NCBI RefSeq assembly: GCF_006345805.1
Contig: NW_021833743.1
Coordinates: forward strand, 7,487-71,486
Direction: 5' to 3'
Length of the DNA stretch: 64,000 nt
Source: Octopus sinensis
Taxonomy: Eukaryota
Shown here: piece by piece, positions 25,520-39,083 of the stretch
Layout: every line of letters starts with the position of its first letter
How positions within the stretch are numbered: position 1 is the stretch's first letter
The notes under the pieces: generated by a model
What the model saw: only the letters and a program-made list of their open reading frames with translations
The model's database searches: none
What the model was told of the DNA's origin: nothing
Translations under genes and position numbers: made by a program

Positions 25520-26030
25520 GGTTTATACTATATTATATGAATATAACAAAAACTGTGATCAATTAAACATTAAATGGGATGACAGTGTCAAAAATCTTGC
25601 AATCCTTGAACAGGTCAAACATTGTCTCATCTGGGAAAATCATGCCCACTACTTGGATAATCCCAGACTGCCTCACCAAATTCTCTACAGAAAAGTTAGC
25701 ACCAGCAAGAGCGGATGCCTCACGCAATGCTACAAATATCAACTGAAGCAGGCAATGTACCCACAATGGCCTAAAATCCTGGGAACAATACATAGAAGAC
25801 AGAACAGCAGACATCACATCATCAATATTGGCAGAGAATGTTTTGTAAAAACATCAAAGAAATAAAAAATAAACTGTTACAACAAAAGTCCAGCCAGCTC
25901 CAAATCAAAGCCTCTACTTCCTAACCCAATGTGACCTCCATGGACAATTGTTCCATGCAAAAATTGGTCTTGCTAGCCGTCAGAGGCACCAACACATGCA
26001 AGGAAGCACAAAGAAAGACAGAAATTTGGA
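25520..26030 (+). mobile_element. Second RTE-clade LINE 3' fragment, decayed
   Basis: KWDDSVKNLAILEQ...WENHAHYLDNPRLPHQILY...CYKYQLKQAM...IINIGRECF and QCDLHGQLFHAKIGLASRQRH, similar to the RTE W.D.V.N..VL, D.RLP.QILY and C..C...F.A.IGL.SH motifs. Confidence 0.75.
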
Positions 26031-26231
26031 AACAAGGAGTAGCAAATGCCACTGACAATAATTGTGTGGTGCATACTATATTATATGGAATATGTTTACA
26101 GAATAAGATATACTTTGTTGTATAGATTGGCATCACATTTATAATATAGTTTAATTACTTGTACTACATCCTCATATCAACGTTGTTTACTTAATATTTT
26201 GAGATATATATATATATATATATATATATAC

Positions 26232-26403
26232 TGGAGTAAGCACATACATGTGAAACAAGGTGGAAAAAAGAGTACTCAAATGCCAGAGGTAGAGTAATAT
26301 GCTTTATTTAAAAGCAGTAGAAATATAACAAAAGCTGTTACTCAGAGTTTCACAAGAAACTGAGTAACAGCTTTTGTTATATTTCTGCTGCTTTTAAATA
26401 AAG
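26232..26403. mobile_element. Foldback element (HHR family 4 relative) with a 44-bp near-perfect hairpin
   Basis: Arms 26302-26345 and 26360-26403 have a single T/G mismatch. The tail GAGTACTC..TTCCACCTTGTTTCACA is shared with 53830-53902. Confidence 0.8.
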
Positions 26404-27379
26404 TATATATATATATATATGTTGCAATTTTACAATGTTTTGATATCTTTCTAGTCATAATCTAATTAAATTTATCAGTGCAAGACCAACATATTTTGAG
26501 ATATAAAGTGTTGCTGTGATCCAGAAACCTTGTAAAATTCTTTGCAACTGAAAACCCTATAAGCGGTTGGCTCACAGCCAACGATGGAACTGCTATCTGA
26601 TTTGCTCGACCGACTGAATATATTTTTAGCTTTATTATTATCATAGACAAAAGTCATTTTTAAAGTTGGTTACATTTTTAAAAATTTTGTTTTTAACAGA
26701 ATTCAGAACATAGAATATTTATTTATTTTTCACTTGTTTTAGTTGTTGTCCTGTGGCCATACTGCAGCACTGCCCTGAAGGATTTAATGAATGAAATCAA
26801 CAAGGAATTGTTTTTTAAGTCGGGATATATTCTGTTGGTCATTTTCTTTTCTGTTCGCTAAGTTACAGGAATGTAAACAAACCAACACTGGTCATCAAAC
26901 AGTGAGAGAGAAACACAAAGCTGGACACAAACATACATACGTTTACATGACAAGGACAAACACACACACACATTGTTTTAGGAGCACTTCTCAAGATCAA
27001 TGCACAACATTTTTCTTAATCACACTTTACAGGTCTCTGTATTAATGCACGTATATATGTGCATAAGTGAATTAGTGTCTCCATTCAAGGTATGTGACAG
27101 TGGTGTGTGTGGGGTGCTTTGATACTTGAATAGATAGTCTGACAGATAGATACATCCATAATTATATCTTACTAGGTACGTAATTTAAATACAGTATATT
27201 CTGTGAGTGTGCGCATCTGTTTAAAAATATGTAGAGTATATAAGGTTTTGATGATGAATGAACGTATCACAAGCGTGTATATAGAAATTCAGTGAATGTT
27301 TATTTGTGTGCTTGTGTGTACATTCCACAGATGTAGAGAATAAAATTGAAAAACAGATATGAATGTAGAGACACATATA

Positions 27380-30300
27380 GAGAATATGATAATTCAACAA
27401 TGTAGAGAAAATAATGTTTGTAATCAACAATGTATAGGCAGATGCAGGAAAAATAATGATTATAGATAAACAATGTTGTTGTAGAAATATGATTGTACAT
27501 CAATAAAGTAGATGTAGAGAATATAATGACTGTAGAACAATAATGTAGATGTAGAGAATATAATGACTGTAGAACAATAATGTAGATGTGGAGAATATAA
27601 TGACTGTAGAACAATAATGTAGATGTAGAGAATATAATGACTGTTGAACAACAATGTAGATGTAAGAATATAATGACTGTAGACAATAATGTGGATGTAG
27701 AATATAATGACTGTAGAACAATAATGTAGATGTAGAGAATATAATGACTGTAGAACAATAATGTGGATGTAGAGAATATAATGACTGTAGAACAATAATG
27801 TAGATGTAGAGAATATAATGACTGTAAACATAATGTAGATGTAGAGAATATAATGACTGTAGAACAATAATGTAGATGTAGATGATATAATGACTGTAGA
27901 ACAATAATGTAGATGTAGAGAATAATGACTGTAGAACAATAATGTAGATGTAGAGAATATAATGACTGTAGAACAATAATGTAGATGTAGAGAATATAAT
28001 GACTGTAGAACAATAATGTAGATGTAGAGAATATAATGACTGTAGAACAATAATGTAGATGTAGAGAATATAATGACTGTAGAACAATAATGTAGATGTA
28101 GATGATATAATGACTGTAGAACAATAATGTAGATGTAGAGAATATAATGACTGTAGAACAATAATGTAGATGTACAGAATATAATGACTGTGGAACAATA
28201 ATGTAGATGTAGAGAATATAATGACTGTAGAACAATAATGTAGATGTAGAGAATATAATGACTGTGGAACAATAATGTAGATGTAGAGAATATAATGACT
28301 GTGGAACAATAATGTAGATGTAAGAATATAATGACTGTGGAACAATATGTAGATGTAGAGAATATAATGACTGTAGAACAATAATGTAGATGTAGAGAAT
28401 ATAATGACTGTAGAACAATAATGTAGATGTAGAGAATATAATAACTGTAGAACATAATGTAGATGTAGAGATATAATGACTGTAGAACAATAATGTAGAT
28501 GTAGAATATAATGACTGTAGAACAACAATGTAGATGTAGAGAGATATAATGACTGTAGACCAATAATGTAGATGTAAGAATATATGCTGAAACAATGTAG
28601 AAAAATGTAGATGTAGAAATAAATGACAGTAGAACAATAATGTAGATGTAGAGAATATAATGACTGTAGAACAATAATGTAGATGTAGAGAATATAATGA
28701 CTGTAGAACAACAATGTAATGTAGAGATATAATGACTGTGGAACAATAATGTAGATGTAGAGAATATAATGACTGTGGAACAATAATGTAGATGTAGAAT
28801 ATAATGACTGTGGAACATAATGTATGTAGAGAATATAATGACTGTAGAACAATAATGTAGATGTAGAGAATATAATGACTGTAGAACAATAATGTAGATG
28901 TAGAGAATATAATGACTGTAGAACAATAATGTAGATGTAGAGAATATAAGACTGTAAACAATAATGTAGATGTAGAGAATATAATGACTGTGGAACAATA
29001 ATGTAGATGTAGAGAATATAATGACTGTGGAACAATAATGTGATGTAGAAAATAAATGACAGTAGAACAATAATGTAGATGTAGAGAATATAATGACTGT
29101 AGAACAATAATGTAGATGTAGAGAATATAATGACTGTAGAACAACAATGTAGATGTAGAGAATATAATGACTGTGGAACAATAATGTAATGTAGAGAATA
29201 TAATGACTGTAGAACAATAATGTAGATGTAGAGAATATAATGACTGTAGAACAATAATGTAGATGTAGAGAATATAATGACTGTGGAACAATAATGTAGA
29301 TGTAGATATAATGACTGTAGAACAATATGTAGATGTAGAGAATATAATGACTGTGGAACAATAATGTAGATGTAGAGAATATATGACTGTAGAACAATAA
29401 TGTAGATGTAGAGAATATAATGACTGTAGAACCATAATGTAGATGTAGAGAATATAATGACTGTGAACAATAATGTAGATGTGAGAATATAATGACTGTA
29501 GACAATAATGTAGATGTAAGAGAATATAATGACTGTGGAACATAATGTAGATGTAGAGAATATATGACTGTAGAACATAATGTAGATGTAGAGAATATAA
29601 TGACTGTAGAACAATAATGTGATGTAGAGAATATAAGACTGTAGAACAATAATGTAGATGTGAGAATATAATGACTGTGGAACAATAATGTAGATGTAGA
29701 GAATATAATGAGTGTAGAACAATAATGTAGATGTAGAGAATATAATGACTGTGGAACAATAATGTAGATGTAGAGAATATATGACTGTAGAACAATAATG
29801 TAGATGTAAGAGAATATAATGACTGTAGAACAATAATGTAGATGTAGAGAATATAATGACTGTAGAACAAAATGTAGATGTAGAGAATATAATGACTGTA
29901 GAACAATAAGTAGATGTAGAGAATATAATGACTGTAGAACAATAATGTAGATGTAGAGAATATAATGACTGTAGAAAATAATGTAGATGTAGAGAATATA
30001 ATGACTGTAGAACAATAATGTAGATGTAGAGAATATAATGACTGTAGAACAATAACGTAGATGTAGAGAATATAATGACTGTAGAACAATAATGTAGATG
30101 TAGATGATATAATGACTGTAGAACAATAATGTAGATGTAGAGAATATAATGTCTGTAGAACAATAATGTAGATGTAGAGAATATAATGACTGTAGAACAA
30201 TAATGTAGATGTAGAGAATATAATGAGTGTAGAACAATAATGTAGATGTAGAGAATATAATGACTGTGGAACAATAATGTAGATGTAGAGAATATAATGA

Positions 30301-30510
30301 CTGTAGAGCAATAATGTAGATGTAGAGAATATAATGACAGTAGAGCAATAATATAGATGTAGAGAATATATGACAGTAGAATAATAATGTAGATGTAGAG
30401 ATATAATGACCGTAGAACAATAATGTAGATGTGGATGATATAATGATTGTTGAATAACAAAGTTGATGTACAGAATATGATAGTAGATCATGAATGTAGA
30501 TATGAACTTA
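27380..30510. repeat. 37-bp minisatellite, about 80 copies (TAGATGTAGAGAATATAATGACTGTAGAACAATAATG)
   Basis: Directly visible. The 37-aa periodicity of the minus-strand ORFs equals three units. The array decays gradually at both edges. Confidence 0.97.
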
Positions 30511-30524
30511 GAGAATATTAGCTG

Positions 30525-30905
30525 AAAAGTCGCACTTTGTGTAGACTTATAAGCTAGCTCCTGTGGGTGGTTAATTGGGTCTGTGACCCAAAACTAAGGA
30601 GGGCTAAATAGCATGACTATAATACATCTATAATGACTATATGCCCAGGTGGTGTTTTATCAGAGGTTAAAGACAGATGAGAATTAATTCTGTAATGCAA
30701 TCATTCTATTGTTCCAGTCCTAAGTTGAATTCCAACTGTTGGCCAATTTATCCCAAAGTTCTTATCTCGAAGTAAAATAAACGAAGCAAATGTCGTTTAT
30801 CTTCCCTTTTATCTCTGATGTCATCTGACAACTGCTACCAAGATGGCATGAATCAGCCAAAATTTATTTGCTAGAAATAACAACCCAAATGCTTTTAAAT
30901 CAGAT
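30525..30905. repeat. Unclassified dispersed repeat, inverted paralog of 21978-22345
   Basis: Shares blocks such as GCAATCATTCTATTGTTCCAGTCC and TTGGCCAATTTATCC with the reverse complement of 21978-22345. Confidence 0.75.
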
Positions 30906-31169
30906 CTTCATAACCCACTGTTTCTGTGGGGTTCATAGGGGGAAGAATTCTCAAACAAGCCCTCCAAGGGGCATGTATATCAGTTAAGGGGTTCCGACAG
31001 CAAATTACTTGGTGACCTTGCTGGTGTTGGTGCATGCAAAAAACACCTAGTACACTCTGTAAAGTGGTGTAGAGCAGAAACCAAGTCCAATCAGACAGTA
31101 GAATTAGCTCCTATCGAATCATCCAACTCATCGTACCTTGTAAAGTAAATGATAAACAGATATATTTTT

Positions 31170-31471
31170 TATTTATGTGCCCTTTTCAAGCCTAGCCAGG
31201 CTCATGGGCCTGGTTTCTGTGGTGTATGTGTTCCCCCCCACAGCTGGACGGGATGCCAGTCCATCACAGTGTTACTTAAGAAACAGGAAGAGAGAGTGAG
31301 AAAAAGCTGTGGTGAAAGAGTACAACAGGGGTTGCCACCACCCCCTGCCAGAGCCTCGTGGAGCTTTAGGTGTTTTCGCCCAATAAACACTCACAACGCC
31401 TGGTCTGGGAATCGAAACAGTGATCCTCCGACCGCAAGTCTGCTGCCCTAACCACTGGGCCATTGCACCTC

Positions 31472-31473
<2 letters not shown>
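31170..31473 (-). mobile_element. tRNA-derived SINE, family D
   Basis: Head GTGGAGGTGCAATGGCCCAGTGGTTAGGGCAGC (minus strand) matches 53299-53661. Confidence 0.85.
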
Positions 31474-31504
<31 letters not shown>

Positions 31505-31505
<1 letters not shown>

Positions 31506-32710
31506 CTGGCACAGAATATATACCTATAATGTACTGGATGCAGTTTATTAAACTAATTGTACCATCATAATAAATATGTCCTTGAACTAACAGACTATTT
31601 ACTCCTTGATAAGTGTGTAACCTTGCGCCAATGGACTATTTAGCACCTTTTCAATAAGTATACCACTGGACTATTTACAGATTCCCAATAGGTGTACCCT
31701 TGCACCCATGGTCTACTTATCCTCACAATAAGTTAAGTTAAGTTAATTTTTTGGCTCAAAAAGCAAAAAGCAAGGCCATGTAGGGGGACATGGAGTTATG
31801 TACAGGGTGGTGTTCATGCAAAGAGTTCAGGCCATTTCTGGTCAAGAGAGTCTTTGAACCGAGCGGTCGTCGGCATCTTCACTATCTCGTCTGGCAGCTT
31901 ATTCCACGGATCCGCAACCCGGACGGAGAAAGCCCCTCTCCTTCGATTGAGATGAAATCGTCACAGACAGAACTTTTTGGAGTGACCCCGCAGCCGACGC
32001 TCTGGAGCAGGAGTGAAGAACAGCTCTTTCGAGAGGTTACACTTTCGACTTATGATGTTGTGAGCGAGAATGAGATCACCACGGTGTTGTCGTTTTTCTA
32101 GAGAATAAAGGTCGAGCGTCTCCAGCCTTTCTTCATAAGACAAATGCTTGAGGCCAAGAACCATGCGGGTAGCCAGCTTCTGGACTCTTTTGAGATGATG
32201 TTTGTCTTTAAGGAGATAAGGAGAAGAGGCTTGAATCCTGTACTCCAATATGGGTTTCACCAGCGTGACATAAAGCGGTAGGAATATGGCTGCTGTGAGC
32301 ATTCCGAATGACCGTCGAATCAAAAACAGAACTCTGCGTGCTTTGTATTTGTGCCAGTGGGCTATCTACAGCTTCCCAATGCACCAATGGAACGATTAGT
32401 CTCGCAAAATAAGTGTATTTGTGCCAATTGCCTACTCACAGCTTCCTAATAGGTGTGTCCTCACACCTAAGGACTATTTATCCTCATAACTAGATTGTAT
32501 TTGTGCCAATAGATTATTTACACCTTCCCAATAGAGGTATCCTTGTGCCTGTGGACTATTTACCTTTTCACAGTAATTAGTCTTGCACCAATGGACTATT
32601 TATCTTCACAAAAAGAGCATATTTGTATCAATGGAGAATTTAGACCTTCCCAATAAGAGTACCAATGGACTATTTACACCTTTCCTACATGCGTAACCTT
32701 GTGCCAGTGC
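31505..32710. repeat. Degenerate tandem repeat (TGTACCAATGGACTATTTACACCTTCCCAATAAG-like), split by a CR1 insertion
   Basis: Units at 31505-31730 and 32345-32710 share GGACTATTTA, CCCAATA and TGTATTTGTGCCA motifs. Confidence 0.75.
31731..32345 (-). mobile_element. CR1-clade LINE 3' end, 5'-truncated, young
   Basis: KARRVLFLIRRSFG...LYVTLVKPILEY...SPYLLKDKHHLKRVQKLATRMVLGLKHLSYEERLETLDLYSLEKR..RGDLI...RLRGHSKK..*RFHLNRRRGAFSVRVADPWNKLP...ELFA* (stop at 31814-31816), then a 3' UTR and an (AACTT)n tail. Confidence 0.95.
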
Positions 32711-33338
32711 AAAACAAAACAAACAAAAATCATCACCATTGTTATTATTACTATTATTAGTTGTAGTAATAGTATTATTATGAGTGATTTATTATCTTTC
32801 TGGCTAAATAAGTTGCTCAACCCTCAGAACCATTAATAACAGAATTATCTTGATGTATTTGATAATAAACCATGTTACAGCAATATTCTCTGGCTTCTGT
32901 CCATCGTTTTACCACCATCGTCAGTATCACTGTTATCCCTTTCATCGTTTATCACTATCAGTATTTTTACATCTTTTCTTTCAATGTGGCTGGCTGTTTG
33001 CCTGTCTGTCCGTCAGTCTCAATGCATGCAAAGGCATGCGAGCGAAAGTTCATACATGTATGACTGTGTGTTTGTTTGTGAGTGCTTGAGAGAGAAAGAG
33101 GGCATGTGAGTAAAGGAGCATGTATGTGTGTGCATATGTGTGTGTGTGTGTGTGTGTGCATGCGTGCGTGTGAGAGTGAGAGAGAGAGAATGCATGTATG
33201 ATGGCATGTTTGTATGCATGCATGTGCCTGCACAGGCATGCATATATCTATGAATACATGCTTCATCATAAATTGGATGTGAAATGATGATGCATGTGTG
33301 TGTATATATATATGTATATATATATGTGTGTGCGTATG

Positions 33339-33369
<31 letters not shown>

Positions 33370-33384
33370 ACGTATGTATGTATG

Positions 33385-33425
<41 letters not shown>

Positions 33426-34681
33426 CCTCCCATCACTGAAGTTTCCATCAATAATTTATACTACAGCCATACAAGTCCACAATTGTCCATAGCAACATAT
33501 TGATCTCATTGTCCCATATCTTGTTTTCCATCTTTATCTACCCACCTATAAACGAATGAACAGGTGAGTAAAAGCTGACATTTCACCCATCAAACATCAA
33601 AGTGATCATTGATACTTTTTTTTAATGTAGCAAAAGAAATAACAAGACAAAACAACCCCCAAAAAACAAACCATTATTAAACCTTAAATTCCAACCCGAA
33701 AATAAAAAAAAACCTAAATACCTAAGACATGTTTATTGTGTTGAAGGTTGCAATGTAAAGGTTTAACATGGCTGTTTTTCCAATAACACCAATTCAAAAA
33801 TGCATTGCTTTGAACGTTTTAAGATTAAATGTCACCTTTTCTTCAGTTACCTACCCTCATATTTACATCATTCAATTGTTTGTTTTACACCCATTTTTCC
33901 ATGCCAGCATGGGTTGGAAGGAAGTTTTTTTGAAGCTGTGTTTTATGTTGGGACACTGTTCCTGTTTCTAACCCTTATCTCTTTTTCAATCCATCCATCC
34001 ATCTATCTATCCATCAGTCCATCCATCCATCATTCCATCTGTCTATCTATCAAACATTATTCCTTTCTACAAGAGGCACAAACCATGAAATTTTAAGGGA
34101 GCTGGTTAGTCAATTACATTGACCCCCACAGTGCTTGGCAGGTATTTATTTCACCAACTATGAAAGGATGAAAGAGTCAATGTTGGTGGAACCTTGGTGG
34201 AATTTGAGCTCAGAATGTAAAGACGGACGAAATGCCATTAATCATTGTGTCCAGCATGCAAATAATTCTGCCAGCTTGCCCCCTTATCTTGCAGATACAA
34301 GCACTTCTGGTTCAAAGCTCTGCATAATGGACACTAGAAAGCTTGCTGGATCACCGGGACAGAATGTGCAGTATTTTGGAGCCTTCATAATCATCATCAT
34401 CATTTAATGTCCAGTTGTCCATACTGGCATGAGTTGGATGATTTGACATGGAGCTGACCAGTTGGGGAGTTGTCCAATTGTCTGTTGTAGCCTGGTTTCT
34501 TTGGCTGGATGCACTTCCTTATGCCTAATGCCAAATTATGTGTGAGTGTGTGTGTGTATATATATATATGTATATATGTTTGTATGTGTGTGTTATGTGT
34601 GTGTATATATATATACGCACATATACACATATAGATATTATATATGTGTGTGCATGTATACATATGTGTGTGTGTGCGTAT

Positions 34682-35070
34682 AGGCATAGAAGTGGCTGTG
34701 TGGTAAGTAGCTTGCTTACGAACCACATGGTTCTGGGTTCAGTCCCACTGTGTGGCACCTTGAGCAAGTGAATTCTACTATAGCCTTGAGCCAACCAAAG
34801 CCTTGTGAGTGGGTTTGGTAGACGGAAATTGAAAGAAGCCCGTCATATATATGTATATATGTGTGTTCATGTGTCTGTGTTTGTCTGTCCCAACATCGCT
34901 TGACAACCGATGGTGGTGTGTTTACGTCCCTGTAACTTAGCGGTTCGGCAAAAGGGACCAATAGAATAAGTACTAGACTTACAAAGAATAAGTCCTGGGG
35001 TCGATGTGCTCGACTAAAAGCAGTGCTCCAGCATGGCCACTGTCAAATGACTGAAACAAGTAAAAGAGTA
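34682..35070 (+). mobile_element. SINE family A, young
   Basis: Full length with few CpG mutations. Confidence 0.9.
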
Positions 35071-35084
35071 AGGGTTATCATCAT

Positions 35085-35367
35085 CATCATCATCATCATT
35101 TAACGTCCGCTTTCCATGCTAGCATGGGTTGGACGGTTCAACTGGGGTCTGGGGAGCCCGAAGGCTGCACCAGGCCAGTCAGATCTGGCAGTGTTTCTAC
35201 AGCTGGATGCCCTTCCTAACGCCAACCACTCCGAGCGTGTAGTGGGTGATTTTATGTGCCACCGACACAGGTGCCAGACGAAGCTGGTGGACGGCCACAC
35301 TCGGATGGTGTTTTTTATGTGCCACCGACACAGGTGCCAGACGAGGCTGGCAGACGGCCACGCTCGG

Positions 35368-35370
<3 letters not shown>
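35085..35370 (-). mobile_element. Retroposon with a (TGA)n 3' tail (family E) and an internal ~63-bp tandem duplication
   Basis: CATCATCATTTAACGTCCG... on plus equals ...CGGACGTTAAATGATGATG on minus. Other copies at about 9045-9230(+), 23150-23540(+), 36400-36940(-), 45020-45130(-) and 50520-50740(-). Confidence 0.75.
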
Positions 35371-35400
<30 letters not shown>

Positions 35401-36980
35401 TACATGCATATGTGGCCATATACAAGCTCCCTCTTTTGTTTGAACAATAGTGGTGATAGTAGAGGTTCTGGTAAGAGTAGTAACCATGCAGTAAAGTGCA
35501 ACTAAGCTGCACAGTCAGTATACGAACAGCTGCTGCTGTTTCTACACTTGTCTGTCTGTGTGTCAGTAGCTTCTAGTGCCTGGTGTCATAGTAACCACAT
35601 TAAAATTAGTTGATTGTTTTGTTTGTTCACTGGAAACCTTGTCATTTTTTGTTTAACCATAGGTCATCTCTGATCCAGATGATCAAAGGCGTTCTAGCCA
35701 TGACCATCTCATCTTTATTCAGAATTAGTACATCTTGAACTAAAATATCCTAAGAATTCATTCCAGTTATGACCACCCTGTTCAATACATATATTTCATT
35801 GGTACAATTACGATTTTAGGTGTAGGTGTGTGGTCTAAAGATTAAGGTGTTGGACTTTCAAGTATAACTTTCTGGTTTTGATTCCCAGAATGGGTAATGT
35901 CAGTATGTTTTTGAGCAAAATACTTAATTATACATTGTTCCAGTCCCCTCATGGCTACCAGTTACGTGACACTGGAATCAACCACAACTACAATTTCACT
36001 TGGTTTTACAGGTCTTCTCAAGCACAGCAAAGTCTTTGATTAGATCATGGCAAAGTCTTGGATCAAAGTCTTTGATCAGATCCTTACTATGACACCATGA
36101 ACACTTTGAAATTATATTTCTAATCGTGTAAACCAGTTTGAATATTATTTTAGCAAGTTTTAAATAATTTCTATTGTAAAGTAAATCATTTACCATTTCT
36201 GTGGTGCTACCCCTTGCCTTGAAGCCCTAAACATGTGCTTATTTTCCTTAATGGTTAACCCAGCACTGGATATGCTGCGAGACCTAGCCAGCCCATGCAA
36301 GCATAAAGGAACATATAATGACAATGGTAAATACGTGTCCCTCTTAGCTACTCTTACGTTAACCCCTTAACATGCACATTATTCTATCAAATGAATCATC
36401 ATCATCATTTAACGTCCGCTTTCCATGCTGGTATGGGTTGGACGGTTTGGCTGAGGACTGGTGAGCCAGAAGGCTGCACCAGGCTTAGTCTGAACTGGTA
36501 AAGTTTCTACGGCTGGATTCCCTTCCTAACGCCAACCACTCTGAGAGTGTAGTGGGTGCTTTTACGTGACACCGGCACCGAGGGCCAGTCAGGTGGTTCT
36601 GACAACAACCACGCTCAAAAGATGTTTTTTTATGTGCCACCTCCATGGGGAGCCAGTCCAGTGACACTGGCAATGACCCCACTCGAATGTTGATTTTCCC
36701 ATGCCACCGGCGCATGTGCTGGTAGGGGTAACTATAGCAACGACCATGCTTGAATGGTGAGCATGGGAGCCAATCCGTAGCCCTGGCAACGATCACTCTC
36801 AGATGTGCTCTTAACGTTCCACTGGCACGAGTGCCAATCAGGTGGCACTGTCATCGGCCACGTCAGCAATTCTGATTTGTTTTCACTTGCCTCCGCAAGC
36901 AAAGTTCATTGTCCAATGAATGAGGGGTACTCATGAGTGGGCCGTTATTTATTCGCATTGTTTTGAATTATTCATGCAAT

Positions 36981-37142
36981 AGGCGTAGGAGTGGCTGTGT
37001 GGTAAGTAGCTTGCTTACCAACTACATGGTTCTGGGTTCAGTCCCACTGCGTGGCACCTTGAGCAAGTGTCTTCTACTATAGCCTTGGGCCAACCAAGCC
37101 TTGTGAGTAGATTTGGTAGATAGAAACTGAAAGAAGCCTGTC

Positions 37143-37208
<66 letters not shown>

Positions 37209-37411
37209 GTATGTGTGTCTGTGTTTGTCCTCACAACATCACTTGACAACCAATGCTGGTGTGTTTACGTCCTGTAACTTAGCGGTTCGGCAAAAGAGAC
37301 CAATAGAATAAGTACTAGGCTTACAAAGAATAAGTCCTGGGTCAATATGCTCAACTAAAGGCAGTGCTCCAGCATGGCTGCAGTCAAATGACTGAAATAA
37401 GTAATAGAGTA
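36981..37411 (+). mobile_element. SINE family A, young
   Basis: Full-length match. Confidence 0.9.
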
Positions 37412-37799
37412 GCATGGAAAGCGGACGTTAAACGATGATGATGATGACGATGATGACTAGGTTGATGAAGACTGTGTAGTCTTTGTACTCACTTTGGGAG
37501 TGGATAAGAAACCCTTAACCATTAAACTGGTTGTTACATGAAATAACCAATGTGTCCATATGTGACCATCACTGTCCAGCAACATAATAGTTGCAGTAGC
37601 TGGGTCTGAACGATTGTACTATCAGTGTGTGAGGGTAGAGAGAGATGGTGAGGGTGAAGTAGTGAGAAATAGGGAGGGAGTACAAGAGAGAGTGGAAAAA
37701 GGGAAAGCTTCAAAAAGAGGGGGAGTAGATAGAGAGAGAAAAAGAGAGAGGGGTAAGGGTGCTTTAGAGAATAATTCAGGGAAACAGAAGGGAGGATGG

Positions 37800-37830
<31 letters not shown>

Positions 37831-38332
37831 AGAGAGAGAGAAAGAAAGAAAAGAGGAGTGAAAGTACTTCAGAGAATGCTTCAAGAGGGAGACATGGAAA
37901 GAAAGAGATAAGAGTACTTCAGAGAGAGAGAGAGAGAGAGAGGTAGACAGAGAGGGAGGGGAAATGGGGGACATTGGGAGATAAAGGTGTGTGGGAGGGG
38001 ATATTAAGAAACATCTGATAGAAGTGGATGTTGCATGTTTAGTGATGTTGTTTTAATGATCTCGTTAGCGGTTGATGGCAGCTGGAATAGATGTTAATGA
38101 TGGAATGGCGGGTGGAGCGGGGGGAGGGGGGAAGAAGGGTAGCAAGAAGACATTGAGTTGGGAAAGAGGGGTGGGGAGGGAGAGAGGGTGGGGTGAGATG
38201 TTATGATGTTAGTTAAAAGATGTCTTGACAGAAGCAACATAGCTACATACATACATTCACACGTGTATGCGTGTATTTGTATGTGTATATATATATATAT
38301 CTGTCTAAGTAATTTATTTATATATTTTTTTT

Positions 38333-38740
38333 TTTGTTTCAGTCACTGAAGTGTGGCCATGCTGGGGCTCGGTCTTGAAGGGTTTACTTGAACAACTCAT
38401 CTCCAGTACTTAGTTATTTCTGTTTTTGAAACCTGGTACATATTCTGTCAGTCGCTTTTGCCATATTGCTAGGTTATGTGGACATAAACAAACCAACACT
38501 GGTCAAGTGGTGTGCATGTATGGAGGGAACAAACACATACCCAGATATGTATATATGTGCATGCACACACACACACACATATACAACAGGCTTCCACACA
38601 ATTTCCATGTACCAAATTCACTCACAAACAAGGCATTAGTTGGTCTGGGGCTGTAGTAGAAGACACCCACTGAAGGTGTCATGCAGTGGGAGTGAACCCA
38701 GCACCACATGGTTGGAAGGCAAGTTTCTTTACCACACAAC
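38333..38740 (-). mobile_element. SINE family A, diverged
   Basis: Reverse copy about 920 bp from 36981-37411. Confidence 0.8.
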
Positions 38741-38749
38741 AATAATGTA

Positions 38750-38807
<58 letters not shown>

Positions 38808-39083
38808 TACACACAAGCCACATATCACATATACATACATTACACACACGTTTGTATCTTCATAAATGAGTCTAGAAAGTACTCAATACAGGTTGTAAAG
38901 TCTGCAAATATACTTAATGCACATGGGAGAGGAGTGACATGTTATACATGCTTCAAGAAGCTGAGTAAATAATCTGTGGATCCTTGAGTTGTGAATAACA
39001 TATGCAAAATACAAAAACACACAATTCTAAGACATAAATATATAATAAATAGAAAACGCACGCACAAACACGTTCCCTAGTCT

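Noticed and set aside
27300-30491. Three ~1000-aa ORFs on the minus strand
   Set aside because: They are products of a 37-bp unit with no stop triplet on that strand. All three frames are open and indels shuffle the frames freely.
27380-30510. CRISPR-like appearance (37-bp repeats; also the array at 6546-6773)
   Set aside because: The repeats are contiguous or separated only by poly-T. There are no unique spacers, no cas genes, and the context is eukaryotic.
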